Below are positions 1-9,529 of a DNA stretch of 64,000 nt, in pieces (positions within the stretch are counted from its first letter, which is position 1; every line of letters starts with the position of its first letter). The stretch spans positions 11,319 through 75,318 of the forward strand of contig JAYZBV010000077.1 of the NCBI GenBank assembly GCA_036338595.1, in the 5' to 3' direction. The position numbers and the translations under genes were made by a program. Source of the DNA: Planctomycetota bacterium (GTDB lineage: Bacteria > Planctomycetota > UBA8108 > UBA1146). The notes beneath the pieces were generated by a model. That model did not search any database, was not told the DNA's origin, and was given only the letters and a program-made list of their open reading frames with translations.

Positions 1-285
1 TGTCCCACCTACCTGGTCCTCAACAGGGGCAAGGTCGTCTACCACGGTGCCATCGACGACGATGTGTGGGGGAGGAACGCAGGACGAATACTGTACCTCG
101 ATGAGGCGATCCGCCTCTCGGTGGAGGGCCTTGAGGTGGAGAACCCACTGACTCGTGCCTATGGCATGGAGATCCGTACTCGCCGACTCGAGGATATTCG
201 CAGAGCGGCCCTCGAGAAGGCGCGCGCAGAGGTGCAGGTTCCGAAGCAGCCGAAGTCTCCTGATTCCGGAGGCGACGGCCGCTGA
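1..285 (+). CDS. Thioredoxin/peroxiredoxin-like (redoxin) protein, C-terminal part; 5' end lies outside the window
   Basis: Frame 1 is open from base 1 and reads CPTYLVLNRGKVVYHGAIDDD...YLDEAIRLSVEGLEVENPLTRAYGMEIR. This resembles the YxGAIDD...YL..A...G..V....T.AYG(C) C-terminus of redoxin-family proteins. Confidence 0.6.
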   Translation, partial: CPTYLVLNRGKVVYHGAIDDDVWGRNAGRILYLDEAIRLSVEGLEVENPLTRAYGMEIRTRRLEDIRRAALEKARAEVQVPKQPKSPDSGGDGR

Positions 286-436
286 TCGGGTCCTGGCGAG
301 AAGACCATCGCAGCCGTGCCGAATCCTGCACCCATCGATGTGGCTCACCTTCTAGATGCTTCCCCACCCGAGTGCCGGCGGCTATCCTGCCCGTGGATCG
401 GCTCTCGCCAGCGTCCGATCCGGGGGGGAAGTTTCG

Positions 437-1537
437 TTGCTCCACTGGCTCGGGTTCCAATTTGAACATCTCTGGGGGCCGATCCGGCTGCTCCAGTCTC
501 ACCTGGTCCTCTGCACCCTGGGTGCGCTGCTGGCTGCAGTGGGGTCATTTCTTGTCATGCGCCGCTGGCTCGGCACGCTGCCGTGCGATCGAGGACGCGA
601 GCACGCAGCCGAGTCGATCGATTCGATCGGCAAGCCGACCGGCGCGGGATCTCTCTTCATCCCTGTCACGGTTCTGGTGGCGTTACTCGTGGCACCGTGG
701 GATCCCTATCGTGCCGTGATCCTGCTCGGTGTGTTGCTGGCGATGGGCGCAGGATTTCTCGATGACTGCAGTCCAGATGCCTGGGGCAGGTTGAGCAAGG
801 GACTCATCGACCTGTTCATCTCGATGGGTGTGGCGTGGGCGATGATCGGCGGAGAGTCCAGCATGGAGATCTGGCTACCCTTCTTTGCACCGAAGATGGG
901 GCAAGAGGCGTTGCTCGATGGAACCGCCGGGATGCTGGCACCGATCCTCTGCGAGCCGTGGTTGTACGGAGTGATGGCCACGATGCTTCTCTGGTTCTCC
1001 ATCAATACCACCAACTGTACCGATGGGGTCGATGGACTCTCAGGTAGTTTGCTGGCGCTCGCTTTTCTCTGCCTCGGTGGGGTCCTGTACGGGGTTGTCG
1101 GGCATGTTGACTCTGCCCACTACTTGTTGGTGCCCTTCTACGAGGATGGAGCCAGTTGGGCTGTCATCGTCGCAACGACACTGGGTACTCTCGCCGCCTA
1201 CCTCTGGTTCAATGCATATCCTTCTCAGTTGTTGATGGGAGATGCGGGTTCGCGCGCCCTCGGACTTCTTCTGGGCGTCTTCGTGCTGGCGACGGGGAAT
1301 CCATTCCTGCTGCTGGTTGTGGCACTGCTGATCCTCGCCAATGGGGGCACAGGGTTGTTCAAGGTCGGATTCATCAAGTTCCTTCGCATCCGCGTCCTCG
1401 AGAGTATTCGCTGCCCGCTTCACGATCATGTCAGGGAGAACTGGGGCTGGTCCAACACCCAGGTGCTGGTGCGATTCGTGATCTTGCAAGCGGTGATGGC
1501 GCCGATGCTGATCGTGATCCTGTTGAAGGTACGCTGA
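437..1537 (+). CDS. mraY: Phospho-N-acetylmuramoyl-pentapeptide transferase (glycosyltransferase family 4)
   Basis: Multi-TM protein with KPTGAG, GFLDD, NTTNCTDGVDGL, LLMGDAGS and PLHDH..WGWSNTQV motifs. Probable start is TTG 437 after a G-rich RBS; the ORF is open from 356. Confidence 0.85.
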   Translation: MLHWLGFQFEHLWGPIRLLQSHLVLCTLGALLAAVGSFLVMRRWLGTLPCDRGREHAAESIDSIGKPTGAGSLFIPVTVLVALLVAPWDPYRAVILLGVLLAMGAGFLDDCSPDAWGRLSKGLIDLFISMGVAWAMIGGESSMEIWLPFFAPKMGQEALLDGTAGMLAPILCEPWLYGVMATMLLWFSINTTNCTDGVDGLSGSLLALAFLCLGGVLYGVVGHVDSAHYLLVPFYEDGASWAVIVATTLGTLAAYLWFNAYPSQLLMGDAGSRALGLLLGVFVLATGNPFLLLVVALLILANGGTGLFKVGFIKFLRIRVLESIRCPLHDHVRENWGWSNTQVLVRFVILQAVMAPMLIVILLKVR

Positions 1538-1656
1538 CGCGCAACTCCTATTTGATGTGCTCGCCAGATCTTGATGGAGCGGGTTGGTCTCGAATCATTA
1601 TTGGCACAGATCCACGATGGTACGGATCCACGCTGGAATCGCGCCGACTTCCGGAC

Positions 1657-1695
1657 AAAAAAAGCCCCCGGACGCTGAGCGTCCGGGGGCTTTTT
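1657..1695. terminator. Bidirectional rho-independent terminator
   Basis: AAAAAAAGCCCCCGGACGC-TGA-GCGTCCGGGGGCTTTTT is a GC-rich inverted repeat with A/T tails on both sides, located between convergent genes. Confidence 0.9.
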
Positions 1696-1715
1696 CAGGT
1701 GACCTGCGGTCGGTT

Positions 1716-2432
1716 CTAGTAATCGACCTGACGGAAGGTTCCACCGTTCATGGCGGCGAGGTTGACGTAAAACTGCTCTTCACCGGTGTAGAAGGAACTG
1801 GTGAAGTAGATGGTGTGAACCGGCAGGTTTTCGAAGTTGGCTGCCGTGATCGACTCCATGCAGATGTCAGCGTAGTTGCCTCCACCCGATCCGTTGCAGT
1901 ACGGCTCACGGGCTCCGCAGATGATGACCTGCTTGTGAGCTCCCGGAGCTTGCTGGGCGAGGCCGAGGCCAGCCAGCGCTGCATCGAGAAGACAATGGTT
2001 CTCTATCGGAGCCAGGGTGCCGAGCCAGGCCTGCGCCGAAGCCTTGTGCGGTGCCGAGGCGTGACAGCATTCCGGACGCCAGATGTAGGTTGTGGAGTTG
2101 TATGCGACGATCGCAAAATCTACAGACGCCGATAACTGGTTCAGGGTCGCAGAAACTTCCTGGCGGATCATGTCGAAGATGACGGTCTCTCCGCAGAAGC
2201 CATACGCAGGAACGATGAAGACGAAGCAGTCTCCCTCGAACTCACTACCGTAGAAGCGGATCGCTTCCGGGGCATCTTCTTCATCATCGTCCTCACCCGC
2301 TCCACCCGCTGGAAGATCCAGAGGCTTACGCGCTGCTCCGATATCGTCTGCAGAGTAGACGGTGCCAATGGCCACCGGAGCAAAGATGAACAGCAAGGCG
2401 ATCAGTAAAATGCCGCGAGTTTGCTTCGACAA
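1716..2432 (-). CDS. Secreted Cys-rich protein with a probable degenerate vWA-like fold
   Basis: Signal peptide and acidic linker, then IRFYGSEFEGDCFVFIV...LNQL...FAIVAYNS...VHTIYF...LAAMNGGTFRQV. This follows the vWA-like pattern but lacks the DxSxS motif. Confidence 0.55.
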   Translation of the reverse strand: MSKQTRGILLIALLFIFAPVAIGTVYSADDIGAARKPLDLPAGGAGEDDDEEDAPEAIRFYGSEFEGDCFVFIVPAYGFCGETVIFDMIRQEVSATLNQLSASVDFAIVAYNSTTYIWRPECCHASAPHKASAQAWLGTLAPIENHCLLDAALAGLGLAQQAPGAHKQVIICGAREPYCNGSGGGNYADICMESITAANFENLPVHTIYFTSSFYTGEEQFYVNLAAMNGGTFRQVDY

Positions 2433-2734
2433 ATCGAGCCTCCTCTCGAGAGGGGTCTTCCCGGATCAACCGACTTGAGTCGTCCGGCATCCTGAAGGAC
2501 GCCAGCAAGCCAGAATTCCCCCATGGAATCTCTGGGACATACCGTGCCCTCTCGGTTACGGCCCCAGTGTACGGGAGGGTGCCAGAATTTGCCACTACTA
2601 GTCAGGAGCCCACCTCTTGTGCCCTGGGAGGGGTGGGTTTACCGTTGGGTGGCTTACCATGAGAGTGCTGGAATCGCTCCAGGTGAGCCCATCCTGGACA
2701 CATTCGGGCTAAATTGCCCTGAGGAGAGCTCTGC

Positions 2735-4096
2735 ATGATTAATGTTCCCATCCCGGTCACTGTTTCCCGTCGGGTGCTGGTCCTGATGCTGATGGTGGGG
2801 GTCCTGCTGATTCCCGGGCTATCGTTTGGCGTCCAGGATGGCGAGGAAGAGGTCGAGAATCCGTCTGCCAAGGCAGTCTGGAAGGTCGACCGTGTGCGTG
2901 GAGCTGAGTCAGTCCAGTACGAGGTAACGATTTTTCAGATCCCGGCTCCCGGTGGAAATCGCTGGGTTTGGCGAGCCATCGCTTCCGACGGGAGTTACCC
3001 GGGTGGATTCCCCATTGGATCGATGCTGATCCAGGGCAGTGGCAATCCTCGCCCGGAACTGTTTGATCCGCTTTCTCCCGGAGTGATGGAGATGTTGCTC
3101 TCTGTTCACGGCGCAGGATCCCAGGGGGAGGGGCTCGGCTGGGCCGATGGAACCTCGATTGGCCTGAGGCGTCAGATTCCCGTCGAGCGCACCGAAACGA
3201 TGGATGCCGAGGGCAGAGTGACTCAGGTCGGAGTTCTTGCCGGGGGTACGACGCAGATCCGAGGCGGTTCCCGGGCTCTGAAGTTGAGCGAGTTCCAGGA
3301 GACGCTGCTGCTCGGGACAGGCGGTTCCCTGAAACAGGCCGAATGGACCGCGACCCTGCTACGGGGAAGCGAGGAATCTGTCACCACCGAGAAGCGGGTT
3401 CTGCGAGTCGAACGCCTCGAGGCGGGGCTGATCGAGGAAGAGGAATCGAAGCAAGTTCAGGAAGGTTACGAGTTCCTGGCTCCTGTGGTGCGCGTGCTTC
3501 GAAAGGGGATGTCACTGGCAGCGGTGGAACTTGCCGAGACGATGTTCGAGAAGGGACGTAAGGACCACAAGCGAGGACCTCTTGGCGAGGTCGTGGAAGA
3601 AGTGGCCAGTCTTCTCAAAACGAGCAAGAAGGTCGCTTCGCAGCCCCTCGATCCAGATGTTCGAGCCAGGAAGATGTTTGGAAAGCCAGCCCCCGACTTC
3701 ACCCTCGACGACCTGGAAGGGAAGTCAGTGAGCCTCTCTGACTACAGGGGCAAGACCGTGATGGTTGCCTTCTGGGGTTATTCGTGAGGGATCTGCCGTG
3801 CGGAGTCTCCGCACCTCAGCAAGATCCAGAAGGAGTTTCGCAGCAAGGATGTGGTGGTTCTGGCAATAAATGCCGACAACGATGGTCGCGGAAGAATTCG
3901 AGAGTTCGTGGACGAGAATGACCTCCAGCAGCGGATGTTGTTGAGGGGCGATGGAGTCGGATTTCAGCAGTATCATCTGAAGAGACTTCCCACGGTCTAC
4001 TTCATCGATCGCAAGGGAAATGTAGTTTCGCGAGCACCGGGCTATCAGAGTTATGAGCAACTGGAGAGTTCTCTTCAAAAGGCCCTCAAGAAATGA
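2735..4096 (+). CDS. Secreted TlpA/ResA-like thiol-disulfide oxidoreductase, selenoprotein (UGIC motif, Sec at TGA 3785-3787), 453 aa
   Basis: ORFs 2735-3787 and 3851-4096 are in the same frame, separated only by TGA. Read-through gives APDFTLDDLEGKSVSLSDYRGKTVMVAFWGYS-U-GICRAESPHL...VVVLAIN...LPTVYFIDRKGNV, a complete TlpA domain. Confidence 0.9.
3798..3814 (+). promoter_or_regulatory. Putative bacterial SECIS hairpin
   Basis: GTGCGGA-GTC-TCCGCAC forms a perfect 7-bp stem; 17 nt separate the UGA from the loop, which begins with GU. Confidence 0.7.
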
Positions 4097-4149
4097 ACTG
4101 GTCGGGAATCCTGATTTCTGTCCTGATCGGTTTGCCAGAGGAGCGAGCC

Positions 4150-5283
4150 ATGAATTTGGATACCTTCATGAGGAACAGTGCGTTGGCGCTCTTTTTGGCG
4201 GCCACGATGCTCCTCGCCCCGCCCGTGCTGGAAGCCCAGACGGGGATCTGCTATGTCACCAATTTTCTGACCGTATCGGAATCCGATGATGTCATCAGGA
4301 CGGTGGACCCGGACACACTCGAGGTCATTGCTGAGGTAGCTCTGTCGATTCCAGGTGCGATCGAAATTGATGGTATCCGGGGAATTGCGATTCACCCGAC
4401 CACCGGAAACTGGTTCATTCTTGCGATGACCTCGTTACCGCCCTCACCCGCGCCGGCTCCCTGGTTGATGGAGTACGACCCCATCAACATCACTATCAAT
4501 CCGTTGGGCTTCACCGTTCTCGATTTCAACGACCTCGATTTCAGAGAAGACGGTGATCTGCGTGCCATCACCAACACCCTTTCGACAGGCAGTTCAAATT
4601 ACTGCGAGTTGAGTACCATCACGGGGGGTCCCAGCGATCTCTGTCAGTACCCTGGCAGTGAAGGTGGAGACACCATTGCTCTGGGATCTGGAGATGAGGT
4701 GTTCCACGCTTCCGGTGGCTACAGCGTCGGTGGGCCGGCAGAGTTCGAGCGTCCTTCCGCCAGTGGATCGAATAACTGCGACTCCGCATTGATTTCCATC
4801 GGTTCGAACCTCTCCTCTGAACCCGTTCGATCGCTGACCTACTGGCCTGATGAGGATGTGTTTCTCTGGGTCCAGGGGGATACAGCAAGATCAGCCTACC
4901 TGGTCACCGAAGATGGTGTGGATACCTTCCTCGGCACCTTCGATCACGACGTCAACGGAATCGCATTGATCGAGATCGCAACCCCGTGCCCGCCTGGGGA
5001 CAATTTCATCCGTGGAGATTGCAATCTCGATATGGGAGTCAATGTTGCCGATGCCGTGTACCTGCTCGGAAGCCTCTTCATCCCCGGAAGTCCGCAGGTG
5101 ATGTGCGGCGATGCAGGTGACTGCAATGACGACGGCGGCATGAACGTTGCCGATGCAGTGTATCTGCTCGGAAGTCTGTTCATCCCCGGGTCGCCGAGCA
5201 TCCCGGAGCCGAATATCGTGAACGGTTGCGGCCCCGATCCGACCGATACAGACGCTCTCGACTGCAGCCAAACGGGCTGCTGA
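4150..5283 (+). CDS. Secreted beta-propeller-like protein with a C-terminal dockerin-like Ca-binding module
   Basis: Signal peptide; C-terminus FIRGDCNLDMGVNVADAVYLLGSLF...DAGDCNDDGGMNVADAVYLLGSLF...CGPDPTDTDALDC contains duplicated EF-hand-like units. ATG 4150 follows a GAGGAG RBS. Confidence 0.7.
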   Translation: MNLDTFMRNSALALFLAATMLLAPPVLEAQTGICYVTNFLTVSESDDVIRTVDPDTLEVIAEVALSIPGAIEIDGIRGIAIHPTTGNWFILAMTSLPPSPAPAPWLMEYDPINITINPLGFTVLDFNDLDFREDGDLRAITNTLSTGSSNYCELSTITGGPSDLCQYPGSEGGDTIALGSGDEVFHASGGYSVGGPAEFERPSASGSNNCDSALISIGSNLSSEPVRSLTYWPDEDVFLWVQGDTARSAYLVTEDGVDTFLGTFDHDVNGIALIEIATPCPPGDNFIRGDCNLDMGVNVADAVYLLGSLFIPGSPQVMCGDAGDCNDDGGMNVADAVYLLGSLFIPGSPSIPEPNIVNGCGPDPTDTDALDCSQTGC

Positions 5284-5382
5284 GCACCACTTCCTCGAAG
5301 CAGGTGTAGCGATGCTCAGGATCGGCTATCCTTCCTCGTCCCCGGTCAGTTCTCATCAGCCGGGGCCCTGGAGGAAACCCGA

Positions 5383-8300
5383 ATGAGTGAAACCGGCAGT
5401 CCTTTTCAGTTCCCCGAGCCGATCTCATCCCCCGACTTCCCTGCGCTCGAAGCGCAGATCAGGGATTTCTGGCAAACGAACTCGATTCACCAGAAGGCTC
5501 TCGATGCACGTGCAGGTGCCGAGCGATATGTCTTTTTCGAGGGCCCACCCACTGCCAATGGAATGCCGCACCCCGGACACGCTCTGACGCGGGCGATGAA
5601 GGATCTGTTCCCTCGCTACCAGACGATGCGTGGACGGCTATGCGAACGGAAGGCGGGCTGGGATACCCACGGGTTGCCAGTAGAGACCGAGGTGTGCAAG
5701 GAGATCGGGATCCACTCCAAGGCAGAGATCGAAGAGTATGGCATCGAGCCGTTTGTTCGTCGTTGCCAGCAATCTGTATTTCGATACGTCAAGGAGTGGG
5801 AATCGCTGACTCGTAACATCGGATTCTGGGTCGATCTGGATGAGGCCTATGCCACCTACCATCAGGAATATGTCGAGAGCGTCTGGTGGGCCTTGAAACG
5901 ACTGTTTGATCGGGGCCTCCTCTACCAGGGTGAAAAGATCGTGTGGTGGTGGGCACAGGGTGGCACCGGGCTATCGGCGGGTGAGGTGGGTGAGGGATAT
6001 CGCGAGGTCGATGATCCGAGCGTGTTCGTTCGGATGCCTCGGTTGAAGGATGACGGCGAACCCGACGGCACCAGTTTCGTGGCCTGGACTACGACCCCCT
6101 GGACCCTGCTGTCGAATCAGTTCATCGCAGTGCATCCCGAGGTGACCTACTGTGTCGCTGTCGATGGCGAGACGGGGGAGCGGCTGATTCTGGCCGAGGC
6201 TCTCGTGGAGACCCTGGCTGGGAAATTGAAGCGCGAACTGACCATCGAAAAGACGATGCCAGGGGCAGATCTGGTGGGAGCTCGTTACCAGCCTCCCTTC
6301 GACAACTACTGGAAAGATCTGGCATCACTGCACGTCTCGAAGCGATCAGGCGCAGAGATGGTGGCGATGTGGCGGGTGGTCGCTGCCGATTTCGTCACGA
6401 CCGAGAGTGGTACAGGTGTCGTTCACCAGGCTCCCGCCTTCGGCGAGGTGGACCACGACCTTCTCGTCTCTCAGAGGAAAGAACTTGACGATCCAGAACA
6501 GCTGCCGCTGCTGTGTGCCGTCGAACCCGATGGATCCTTCTCGAAGATCGCCGGCCCCGACTTCGAAGGACGGTGGGTCAAGGACTGTGACCGTGATCTG
6601 ATTCGTGCGATGAAGGAAGACGGCACGCTCCTGCACCAGGAGGTGTACCGCCACGACTACCCCTTCTGTCCCCGTGCACGAGAAGATGCACTGATCCAGT
6701 TCCCGCGACGCTCCTGGTTCATCCGGACGACAAACTTTGTCGACCAGATGCTCGCCAATAATCAGCAGATTCAATGGCTTCCAGAGCACATCCGAGATGG
6801 CCGTTTCGGTAAATATCTCGAATCAAATGTAGACTGGACCCTCTCCCGTGAGCGCTTCTGGGGGACTCCGCTTCCGATCTGGGTCTGCGAGCAGACCGGT
6901 CAGATGGAAGCGATCGAAAGCTACGATGAGTTGCTCTCCAAACCCGATGCCACGGGGCAGGAGGTATTCGCTGCTGCAAAGGCAGAAGATCCGCAGCTTG
7001 ACGATAATTTGAGAGTACATCGCCCCTACATCGATGCCGTGACCTACTCCTCTCCGTTTGCAGAAGGTGCGCGGATGAGGAGGGTCCCCGATGTCATCGA
7101 CTGCTGGTTCGATGCCGGTTGCATGCCATTTGCTCAGTGGGGATTCCCTCATGGCAATGTTGAACGCTTCACGAGCCAGTTCCCGGCAGACTTCATCAGC
7201 GAGGCGATCGACCAGACACGCGGTTGGTTCTATGCGCTGCTGTCCATCTCGACGATTTTGTTTGGACCGGAGGGAGCGGCTCACGGGGACGATCGCATTC
7301 CAGAGGAGGTCTTTACAGACTGGCCTCAGCCATTTCGTTCATGCATCGTCCTGGGTCATCTGCTCGGCGAAGACGGCCTCAAGATGTCGAAATCGCTCAA
7401 AAACTATCGATCGCCCGACTACATCTTCGAGAAGGAGGGTGCCGATGCGATGCGCTGGTTCTTCTATGCCGGACAGGCGCCGTGGACCAGCCTTCGCTTC
7501 CAGGAGCAGCCGATCACGGAGGGGCAGCGTGAGTTCCTTCTGCGGCTGTGGAATGTCTATTCCTTCTTCAGCATCTACGCGCGAATAGATGGCTGGAAGC
7601 CGAGCGGAGATCTACTCGCGTCACCTGGAGACGAAGTCGAACTGTCAGAACTGGATCGCTGGGTGATGGCAGAGTTGCACGCCACGGTGGACAAGATGCG
7701 AACTTCCCTCGACGGTCTCGACAACCTGGGTGCTGCCACTGCACTCAACGACTTCGTCGATGGCCTGTCTAACTGGTATGTTCGTCGAGGTCGAAATCGC
7801 TACTGGAGTGAGGGGATGAACCCCGATAAGGATGCGGCCTACTCGACTCTCTATCACTGCCTGGTCACGACGACGCTCCTGGCAGCACCATTTGTTCCCT
7901 TCATCACGGAACACCTCTACGGTGTTCTGGTGGGTCCGAGAGGGGATGCGTTTCCAGAATCGGTTCACCTCTGTGATTACCCCGAGTCAGACAGCAACAG
8001 GCAAGACGATGCTCTTTGCCACCGGATGGCGATGATCCGTGAAATCGCTTCGCTTGGGCGCTCCTGTAGATCGCGCGAGAAGTTACGCGTCAGGCAGCCG
8101 CTTCCAGCGGTACGAATCGTTCTGGCCGATTCGTCGTTGGTCTCGGCATTGGCCTCCGATACCGAGTTGATCTCCGAGGAACTGAATGTGAAGGGTGTCG
8201 AATTTGTCGAGGACGCTTCCGAGTATGTCTCCTATGAAGTGAAGCCTAACTTCAAGACGATTGGTCCTCGCTTCGGTTCCGATGCTCGTTCGATTGCTGC

Positions 8301-8763
8301 GGCGCTGGCACAGCATCCGGATCCGGCATCCATTGTTCAGGCAGCGACCACAGGGGATCAGATTCCGTTACGCCTCGATAATGATCGTGAGGTCCAACTG
8401 GAGGCTGCAGATCTCGATGTCAGGGTGAAGCAGAAGGACGGCTGGAGTGCTGCGGAATCACGAGGTGTCGTGGTTGTTCTCTCGACCGAGGTGACCCCTG
8501 AACTTCATCGTGAAGGTCTGGTGCGTGAGGTGATCAGTCTTGTGCAGGGGATCCGAAGAGATCTCGACCTCGGATATGATCAGCGGATACGACTCTCCGT
8601 GACAACGGAGGGAGACCTCGCCCAGGCGGTCGATGAACATGGCGAACATTTGAAAAAAGAGACGCTGACGGTGGAGATCCTGGCGGAAACTCCAGACAGC
8701 GGCGAGTTCCGGGACTTCGAGATCGATGGAACCGCAGTGCGGATCGGTGTCTTTCCCGTCTAG
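5383..8763 (+). CDS. ileS: Isoleucine--tRNA ligase (long, IleRS2-type)
   Basis: EGPPTANGMPHPGH, GWDTHGLP, WTTTPWTL, SGTGVVHQAPAFG, SRERFWGTPLPIW, DQTRGWFY, KMSKS and LSNWYVRR motifs, plus a long C-terminal extension. Confidence 0.97.
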   Translation: MSETGSPFQFPEPISSPDFPALEAQIRDFWQTNSIHQKALDARAGAERYVFFEGPPTANGMPHPGHALTRAMKDLFPRYQTMRGRLCERKAGWDTHGLPVETEVCKEIGIHSKAEIEEYGIEPFVRRCQQSVFRYVKEWESLTRNIGFWVDLDEAYATYHQEYVESVWWALKRLFDRGLLYQGEKIVWWWAQGGTGLSAGEVGEGYREVDDPSVFVRMPRLKDDGEPDGTSFVAWTTTPWTLLSNQFIAVHPEVTYCVAVDGETGERLILAEALVETLAGKLKRELTIEKTMPGADLVGARYQPPFDNYWKDLASLHVSKRSGAEMVAMWRVVAADFVTTESGTGVVHQAPAFGEVDHDLLVSQRKELDDPEQLPLLCAVEPDGSFSKIAGPDFEGRWVKDCDRDLIRAMKEDGTLLHQEVYRHDYPFCPRAREDALIQFPRRSWFIRTTNFVDQMLANNQQIQWLPEHIRDGRFGKYLESNVDWTLSRERFWGTPLPIWVCEQTGQMEAIESYDELLSKPDATGQEVFAAAKAEDPQLDDNLRVHRPYIDAVTYSSPFAEGARMRRVPDVIDCWFDAGCMPFAQWGFPHGNVERFTSQFPADFISEAIDQTRGWFYALLSISTILFGPEGAAHGDDRIPEEVFTDWPQPFRSCIVLGHLLGEDGLKMSKSLKNYRSPDYIFEKEGADAMRWFFYAGQAPWTSLRFQEQPITEGQREFLLRLWNVYSFFSIYARIDGWKPSGDLLASPGDEVELSELDRWVMAELHATVDKMRTSLDGLDNLGAATALNDFVDGLSNWYVRRGRNRYWSEGMNPDKDAAYSTLYHCLVTTTLLAAPFVPFITEHLYGVLVGPRGDAFPESVHLCDYPESDSNRQDDALCHRMAMIREIASLGRSCRSREKLRVRQPLPAVRIVLADSSLVSALASDTELISEELNVKGVEFVEDASEYVSYEVKPNFKTIGPRFGSDARSIAAALAQHPDPASIVQAATTGDQIPLRLDNDREVQLEAADLDVRVKQKDGWSAAESRGVVVVLSTEVTPELHREGLVREVISLVQGIRRDLDLGYDQRIRLSVTTEGDLAQAVDEHGEHLKKETLTVEILAETPDSGEFRDFEIDGTAVRIGVFPV

Positions 8764-8827
8764 CATCCAGGATGCAGGGTATTGATCCCAATGGGGATGA
8801 CTGGCGGCGAATTGGATGGGGGCTGCG

Positions 8828-9412
8828 ATGGAGTACTGGCACGACACGATCGAGCAGGCGAGGCAGCACGCAGAAGCGGACCAGCGTCCAGTTCTCATCA
8901 TCCTGGAGGCCCCCGGCTGACTCGGTTGCAAGCGCCTGGATGCCGTGACGTATCCAGATCCTGATTTCAACAGTGCCATCGGTGAACTGGTCTCAGCACT
9001 TCGCATCAATGTCACCGATCGGCATGATGATTTCAGAGATGCGTCGGTGATGACCAGGATCCCCTTCTCGCCTCGGTTTCGATTCTTCAGCAGCGATCAG
9101 AAACGATTGTTACGGGACTGGACCGGCTGGTTGCCAACAGCGGAGTTGATCGCCGAGATGCATCTGGCTCGAGCCATCGATCTTCATGACAGGAAAGAGC
9201 CACTGCGGGCTGTGGGGGAATACGACCGAGCTCTGCAGGCGGCTCCCGAGGGCCCTGCCGTGGCTGAAATCCTGTACCGCAGGGGTATGGCGGCGTTTCT
9301 CGGCAACTCGTTCGACATCGAACTCCTCAAGAAGGACTGGCAGGCCGTCGTCGAGAATCATGCCGGCACCCGCTGGGCACTTCACGCCTCGGTGATCGCA
9401 GACGTTCAGTGA
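8828..9412 (+). CDS. Thioredoxin-like selenoprotein (ULGC motif, Sec at TGA 8918-8920) with a TPR-like C-terminus, 194 aa
   Basis: Extending ORF 8945-9412 upstream through one TGA gives MEYWHDTIEQARQHAEADQRPVLIILEAPG-U-LGCKRLDAVTYPDP from ATG 8828, a typical thioredoxin-like N-terminus. Confidence 0.88.
8936..8957 (+). promoter_or_regulatory. Putative bacterial SECIS hairpin
   Basis: CTGGATGC-CGTGAC-GTATCCAG forms an 8-bp stem with one G-U pair; 23 nt separate the UGA from the loop, which has GU at positions 2-3. Confidence 0.6.
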
Positions 9413-9529
9413 TCTTAGACGTTCAGTGAACTTCGGATTCCGAGCGCAATGACCCAGCGAATACGCGTCAACAGGTCCACGCTGAGGGTACAGTATTCCA
9501 CTCTCTGCCCCGTCATGAGTTCATCATCT

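Noticed and set aside
3851..4096. Separate 81-aa gene
   Set aside because: It is the C-terminal half of the TlpA domain of 2735-4096.
8782..8964. 60-aa ORF after ileS
   Set aside because: It is an out-of-frame shadow of the selenoprotein starting at 8828.
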